A DNA stretch of 64,000 bases from Mizuhopecten yessoensis (taxonomy: Eukaryota): contig NW_018480054.1 of assembly GCF_002113885.1 (NCBI RefSeq), forward strand, positions 318,301 through 382,300. Direction: 5' to 3'. The translations under genes and the position numbers were made by a program. Positions 51,601 to 60,600 of the stretch are shown one piece after another. The notes below the pieces were generated by a model, which ran no database searches, was not told where the DNA came from, and saw only the letters and a list, made by a program, of their open reading frames with translations. Each line of letters opens with the position of its first letter. Position 1 is the first letter of the stretch.

Positions 51601-54600
51601 CAAAATAGAAAGTTACAAACCCTAACCCAAAATAGAAAGTTACAAACCCTAACCCAAAATAGAAAGTTACGAGCCCTAACCAAAAAATAGAAAGTTACGA
51701 GCCCTAACCCAAAATAGAAAGTTACGAACCCTAACCCAAAATAGAAAGTTACGAACCCTAACCCGAAATAGAAAGTTACGAACCCTAACCCGAAATAGAA
51801 AATCATGAACCCTAACCCAAAAAAGAAAGTTACGAACCCTAACTCGAAATAGAATTTTACGAACCCTTACCCAAAATAGAAAATCACGAACCCTAACCCG
51901 AAATAGAAAGTTACGAACCCTAACCCAATATAGAAAGTTACCAACCCTAACCCAAAATAGAAAGTTACGAACCCTAACCCAAAATAGAAAGTTACGAGCC
52001 CTTACCCAAAATAGAAAGTTACGAACCTTAACCCAAAATAGAAAGTTACGAGCCCTAACCCAAAATAGAAAGTTACGAACCCTAACCCAAAATAGAAAGT
52101 TACGAACCCTAACCCGAAATAGAAAGTTACGAACCCTAACCCGAAATAGAAAGTTACAAACCCTAACCCAAAAAAGAATGTTACATATGGAGCTTACACC
52201 CTGGTCATTTATATATACGTATGGAGCTTACACCCTGGTCATTTATATATATGTATGGAGCTTACACCCTGGTCATTTTCCACATTATCTAGGTTAGGTT
52301 CCTCCAGGATGGAAACGTTAATTCTCACTCGGGAGTCGTCTTCTATGTCAACCACCTTAAACAAAACACAATCCTTTAGTGTTTATGTACTACATCATTT
52401 TCAAATGATCAAATTATAAAAATATTTATGTTGAGATTCAATATGATATTATACAAAATTCAAAATATCTCTCTCGAGCTCATAAATTTGTTTACATTTA
52501 ATTTAATGCACATTGATTTATAAGATGATTTCTATATACAATCAAACTTCAAAGTTTCAATTATTATGGTATTATTGGGAAAAATTTAAAACATGAAGAC
52601 TTTGATTTACATACTGCATAAGACCGACTTTAACTGTTAAGTACCAAACACATGTCACGAGATTTAATTAGAAATATATAATCCAAATGATTTTCATATA
52701 TCTATACACTGTAATTTGCATGTTAAGATATTAAAATGACCCCGGGACATTTCAATGTTCTCGTACCGGTACATGTAGTTGTTTTACTTCAATCTATTAG
52801 TTGTAATTCTCAATGTTTACCTAACGATCGGACCTTGATTGTAGTTCGAAACAACGAGTTCAACATTTTCAAAAACAATATGTAATGAATGATTTGCATT
52901 AATGGGGAGTGGTGTAGTAACATGTCATCTTAACTAAAAACCTGTGTTCGCATGTTTACTCATGTTTATTATCTGTCATATTTAATAACCATCAATGCTG
53001 ATGGGGCCAAATTTATTTCAATATTTTAATATCAATCTTTGCTTCTTTTTAGTTTCAATTGTAGAAACATCAAATGTTTAACCAAAAGCTATTTAAAGTT
53101 TTAAAAGTTTTGCTGAGTAATTGACCTTCCCTTTAGTAGGTATTACACTTACTTCTCCTTGACATGCGTAGTGAGGCCAGCCCAGCATGAACACTGCTTC
53201 CTTAGCAGGAAAGAGTTCTCCCAGGGTGTTAAACTGGCAGAAGGATGTGTCATACACATTTAGGTCCTACAAACATACATCAGGCATTATAATTACTGAC
53301 TATACACATACAGATCAGGCATTGTAATTACTGACTATCACTGGGTATATACACATACAGATCAGGCATTGTAATTACTGACTATCACTGGGTATATACA
53401 CATACAGATCAGGCATTGTAATTACTGACTATACACATACAGATCAGACATTGTAATTACTGACTATACACATACAGATCAGGCATTGTAATTACTGACT
53501 ATACACATACAGATCAGACATTGTAATTACTGACTATACACATACAGATCAGGCATTGTAATTACTGACTATCACTGGGACTATACACATACAGATCAGA
53601 CATTGTAATTACTGACTATACACATACAGATCAGGCATTGTAATTACTGACTATACACATACAGATCAGACATTGTAATTACTGACTATACACATACAGA
53701 TCAGGCATTGTAATTACTGACTATACACATACAGATCAGACATTGTAATTACTGACTATACACATACAGATCAGACATTGTAATTACTGACTATACACAT
53801 ACAGATCAGACATTGTAATTACTGACTATACACATACAGATCAGACATTGTAATTACTGACTATACACATACAGATCAGGCATTGTAATTACTGACTATA
53901 CACATACAGATCAGACATTGTAATTACTGACTATACACATACAGATCAGGCATTGTAATTACTGACTATACACATACAGATCAGACATTGTAATTACTGA
54001 CTATACACATACAGATCAGGCATTGTAATTACTGACTATACACATACAGATCAGACATTGTAATTACTGACTATACACATACAGATCAGGCATTGTAATT
54101 ACTGACTATACACATACAGATCAGACATTGTAATTACTGACTATACACATACAGATCAGGCATTGTAATTACTGACTATCACTGGGTATATACACATACA
54201 GATCAGACATTGTAATTACTGACTATACACATACAGATCAGGCATTGTAATTACTGACTTTCACTTGGTATATACACATACAGATCAGACATTGTAATTA
54301 CTGACTATACACATACAGATCAGGCATTGTAATTACTGACTATCACTGGGTATATACATATACAGATCATGTAGGGTATAATAATTTTTCATTCAAGACA
54401 TAATCTTATAAATTAGTCAGATGAAAATTACAAAAGAAAGCAGGTTTTTGAAATCAAATAAAACGTTACAATTTTATAAAATCTTAGCCAAGTTCACTTC
54501 TAATGTACTAAATGAGTTGTCAATTAAGACAAGGATAAATGACCAGAATAGACTAAATGATATATTTATTGACGATCCTTTGTCAACACCTTGAAAGCTT

Positions 54601-57600
54601 TTATTAATTATTTATTATAGGTCTGCAAGCTAAACCCTGGATATATTGATTGAAAGGAAGCGGAATGGTCATTCCAGATGAAATGAAAACCATGCAGACT
54701 TACCTTGACTGATGTCTGGTACAGAAATGTCAACCATGCAGACTTACCTTGACCGATGTCTGGTACAGAAATGTCACAGGATTACTGGCAAACTGTTTCT
54801 CTAGTACGATCTTCCCATGTGCTCCACAGATGTACCTGTACACAAACACCAGTATAATAACATGTACCAATACAGTGGATAACAAAATGTCTAACATGCT
54901 GTACCACATGTACTGTGAAATCAGATATTTTCAGGGGCCAAACTTTGTGGTTTCCCAACAAAACACCATTTCCTGGGTACATGAGTTCATGGATTATGAG
55001 TACCCTCTCAAACAGAGATTGGCTTTATAACTTGTAATTGTCTCTACCTGATTGTTAGAATGGAGTTCAAACTTACCATCTAATGGGAACTGAAATGCCA
55101 TCAAACACTCACACTTACCATCTAATGGGAACTGAAATGCCATCAAACACTTACACTTACCATCTAATGGGAATTGAAATGCCATCAAACACTCACACTT
55201 ACCATCTAATGCGAACTGAAATGCCATCAAACCCGCACACTTACCATCTAATGGGCACTGAAATGCCATCAAACACTCACGCTTACCATCTAATGGGAAC
55301 CGAAATGCAATCAAACACTTACATTTACCATCTAATGGGAATTGAAATGGCATCAAACACTCACACTTACCATCTAATGGGAAGTGAAATGCCATCAAAC
55401 ACTCACACCTGCCATCTAATGGGAACTGAAACGCAATCAAACACTTACACCTACCATCTAATGGGAACTGCAATGCCATCAAACTCTTACACTTACCATC
55501 TAATGCGAACTGAAATGCCATCAAACACTTACACTTACCATCTAATGGGAATTCAAATGCCATCAAACACTCACACTTACCATCTAATGGGAACTGCAAT
55601 GCCATCAAACACTTACACTTACCATCTAATGGGAACTGAAATGCCATCAAACACTTACACTTACCATCTAATGGGAACTGAAATGCCATCAAACACTTAC
55701 ACTTACCATCACAATGAGGACCTCAATGACTCTAATCACTGATAGCCAATTAACAATAAAAACAACAACCTCAAACTGATTTATCATTGCATGTCTCCCA
55801 CTAACATCACATGGGAACTAAACACTGGTGAATACTCTAGAGAGCTGGCCAGGATTATTCCCCCTGAACTACTTACTTCCTTCCTACGAGAGGCAATGCC
55901 CTGAGAGATACATGTGTCTGTCCCACGTCCACTCCAAGGCGGTCATGATATCTGAACAAAACAAAGTAACACAAATTATACTATACTGTATTCAGTAAAA
56001 TTTTCACTTGACTTGAATTTTTGTGTTTATTGCCGTCTGTAATGAGGGTGAATTTATCATGACAGCCTGTATCAGTACACGTACACAGCATACCATATGA
56101 AGTAATAATTACTGCTGAAGAGCAAAAATTAACACTTGATGAAAAATGATTTTACTAATAAAGTTTGAATATTTGACTGGGCAGACGTTTTCCAGTATAC
56201 AGTATTACTTGATTTCTATGAAAGATGACTTTTTCAAAATAATTTTTGAAGTAGATATTTCCCATTTGATGTTTTACTAAAGTTCAGTCTAAATGTGTTT
56301 GAACTGATTATTGAGGTATTCTAGACTGTATTGTGGGGCCGATACTTCACCTGGGAGCACCTGTTGCATAAATGTTCATGGTCAGGAACTGTTGCTTACC
56401 TCTCTCTAATGGCTACGACATCCTTCCTCCAGATAATTTGGTCATTCTTGTTCATCTCCTCCTCCGTTACTCTGGTCCTTGTCTGACCTGCCTCCTTCGT
56501 AGTACTTAGCTCGTATCTACCAACAGGGGCACATGACCAATGAGTATAATACAGGTACATACAGCACGATCAGCAGTTTTATTTTATACAAAAATAAATG
56601 TTTACAAATCATTTAACTAAACTAATGTTACATATGGGCTTATTTTTCCAGCAAAATTCATAGCCATGTAGCTTAACATCCCTGCATCAAAAATGAATCG
56701 GCAGATTTGGCTAATTCCATGATTACAAAATATGACATTGACAAGATAGTCAATCTGGAAATCTGCTGATAGGGTAAGATTTGATGACGACAGTTGAATT
56801 AGGTTTAGTTATTCTTGTAGGGTGCTTTATGGCAATATATCAGCTATATAAAGGTATTAGGAAATGTACCATGTGACCACCAGATGCCACTCACCTTGTG
56901 TTGCCATCGGAGACGGAGATAACCTTGACCTCTATCATGTGTGGCCAGCTCACAAACACGTTGTTGTGCAGCACAGAGTTGGCAACAGTTTTTATATCCT
57001 GACAACACAATATTACTACTGAAATACCAGTATTTTCACATATGCAGCTATCTTTACAAATGTGAGCACATCAGAAAATTCTTTTATTTCATTTTATTTT
57101 ATCAATTCACACCGGAAAACTGATTGTCCATTTACATACTTGACAATATTTATTCAGATGTAAGGAAAAACAAGAATACAGTATTGTTACAGCTGTTTAT
57201 TTTGTGTAGTGAAGTGCTCACCAAATACTTCTTCCGTGTGCAATTATGAAAATTAGTATTCCTGATATCATAACTGTTAAAATATTTCTCAAAAAACATT
57301 TACATATCAACATATATCAGCTACATCATATTTGAAGATAAAAGCAGGAAAATAATAAATTCTAAATTTATTGAACATTTGATAATAAAATAAAATTCTC
57401 ATATATAGGATGATTAAATTTTGATTTCATCCAGTGTTATGCAGTGAATATTGATGCAAAATTTGGTCAAATGACATGTTTATAAATATAAACTGCTTAA
57501 AAGTGCTTCGTTTCAGATTTAATGTTGTTCTTTCTTAGTTTACTTCTTTAGGTCTATCAGTTTACAGAGACGAAAATGGAATAAGATTTCTTAATCAATC

Positions 57601-60600
57601 AAAAGTTTACAATACACTAAATTGAAAAAAACTAAAATCAGCCAAACAGCTAAAACAAATCATCTCTGCAGCGTACTTAAATAAACATATTCATAAATCT
57701 TATTTTAAGATGATAAACAAGTTTAAATTCCTACATCTGGGCAGTACTTCTGAATCAGTAATAAGCTGACATCAACTTACCTCCTCTTCACCCTTTACTA
57801 GTGAGAGAATCATGTTCTCGCCGCGACTGTTGGCCGTGAACACTTTCACACCCTCTTTCTTCAGATAGGCCTGAAAATGGATTGGCAATATTCTTTATTG
57901 CACATTTCTTGATGGAAAAAAACTTAACTTTAGAAAACAGCCTAAAATGTTCAGTATTTAATCAGACATAGACATATATACATGTTACAATAAAGCCTTT
58001 AATGTTGGTCAGCTGGACAGTTTCAAAGAAATTGGAAATATCAAATTTGATATTTCTGATTTCTTCAAGAGGTCATTGAGGGAACAAAGTGAACAAGAAA
58101 TGAAAAAAAAGGTAGACATAATTACTTTTATCACATACCTGTTGAATCTTGTTATAGTAATACAAGCCATTTTCAGACCATGAAATACAATGTTCTGTAT
58201 TGCACAAGTGCAATACGGAATGTTGTATTTACCTACTAGCCGGAATTACTTTTTATGGGAATTCCCTTGTCATGGCGAACTTAAAAGTTCCTGGTATTTG
58301 CAAAAGATATCAAAATTTATAAAATCTTTGTACGATCTTTTACCGAATACGGAAGGTATGTGAAAAAAGCAAGACCACACACTTGTGTATTTCTAACAAA
58401 TCAGAAAGCACTCATTTATTGCGCGGACGTATATAATCAGCGCACTCGTGAATATAGTCGTCCATGCAATACACTCATGCTTTCTGATTCGTTAGAAAAA
58501 CACAAGTGTGTGGTCTTGCATATATATCTGTAAATCCTTATATTTTTGCACAGAGAAATGTTTGCCATATGGTCTTAAAAAAATATTGCCAAAACTTTGA
58601 ACTTGCCTACATATTACTGCTTATTATTATAAAATACTCATGTCAGAACTGCTAACTTATATATGGTAGTGGAAATGATTATAAATACTTACCTGAATCG
58701 ATAACTATTCAATATATGCAACACTATTTGCCCAATGTAAACTCTTGTTTAATGGAGAAAGTAGCAAAAACATTAAAAGGGCAGAAATTTCCTGTTTTTT
58801 CATTACAAGCATTTAAACAGACTTGTTTCCTGGATTAAGGTTGGATATAATTTAACCATTCTTACATCAAAATTACTTTTCCTACCTTATGAGGGAGGTG
58901 CTTGAAGGTTGGAAAGCCGGGGAAGTACACATCCTGTCTGGTTCCCTCCAGCATTCCTTTCTTGATGAGATGGCGGGGTAGCTGGAATTCATCCTTCGGA
59001 ATCAGAGTTAATCTGAAAGTGGCACATTACAGTTACGGTACGTAAATCAAAATTAAACTTTTGACAACAATTGTGAAACAAGTTCTATAAATTTATATTA
59101 ATCACTTTTGTTGGTCAATGTTGAATAAAATCCTGGCTGTCATGGTGAAAAGTGTGTATGCCTTTCACTATACACCACCTACCCAACCCAGTAATGTACA
59201 AATTACAAGCTTTTAACCAGTACCAACGAAAGGATTGACATGAAATTAATTTCACCTTCAGCAGTCACTAGTCATATCAAAAGAGTCATGTTTCCATTTT
59301 ATTTCAACAAGATAGATAACAAAAAATCATTGCTCAATTGCAATCTTATCATTTTACTGATGGAGACTAGAATGTGTAAAATGCAACCTTTGGGGGATAG
59401 GAGAATAGACACAAGAGACAACACAGTACTCACATGGCATGCGTGAGTGTGAAGGTTGGGTGGGGTGGATGGTAGCAAAATAGATACATATTAACAACAC
59501 AGTACTTACTAAGCATAGTTATGTACCACGTCTGGGAAAGTTCCTTGTGAGGATGAGGGGTAGGGGGTAATGGATCAGACACACAATCGTAACACAGTAC
59601 TTACTTGGCATAGTTATGTACCACGTCTGGGAAAGTTCCCGGTGAGGATGAGGGGTAGGGGGGTAATGGATCAGACACACAGTCATAACACAGTACTTAC
59701 TTGGCATAGTTATGTACCACGTCTGGGAAAGTTCCTGGAAGGGATGAGGGGTAGGGGGGAATGGATCAGACACATAGTTGTAACACAGTACTTACTTGGC
59801 ATAGTTATTTGTAACACAGTACTCACTTGGCATAGTTATGTACCACGTCTGGGAAAGTGCCTGGTGAGGATGAGGGGTAGGGGGTAATGGAACAGACACA
59901 TAGTTGTAACACAGTACTCACGTGGCATAGTTATGTACCACGTCTGGGAAAGTTCCTGGAAGGGATGAGGGGTAGGGGGGAATGGATCAGACACATAGTT
60001 GTAACACAGCACTTACTTGGCATAGTTATGTACCACGTCTGGGAAAGTTCCCGGTGAGGATGAGGGATAGGTGGTAATGGATCAGACACATAGTCGTAAC
60101 ACATTACTCACTTGGCATAGTTATGTACCACGTCTGGGAAAGTGCCTGGTGAGGATGAGGGGTAGGGGGTAATGGATCAGACACATAGTCGTATCCCAGT
60201 CCCTACTTGGCATAGTTATGTACCACGTCTGGGAAAGTGCCTGGTGAGGATGAGGGGTAGGGGGTAATGGATCAGACACATAGTTGTAAACCATTACTCA
60301 CTTGGGATAGTTATGTACCACGTCTGGGAAAGTTCCCCGTGAGGATGAGGGGTAGGGGGGTAATGGATCAGACCCACAGTCATAACACAGTACTTACTTG
60401 GCATAGGTATGTACCACGTCTGGGAAAGTTCCTGGTGAGCATGAGGGGTAGGGGGTAATGGATCAGACACATAGGCGTAACACAGTACTTACTTGGCATA
60501 GTTATTTGTAACACAGTACTCACTTGGCATAGTTATGTACCACGTCTGGGAAAGTTCCTTGTGAGGATGAGGGGTAGGGGGTAATGGGGCAGACACACAA

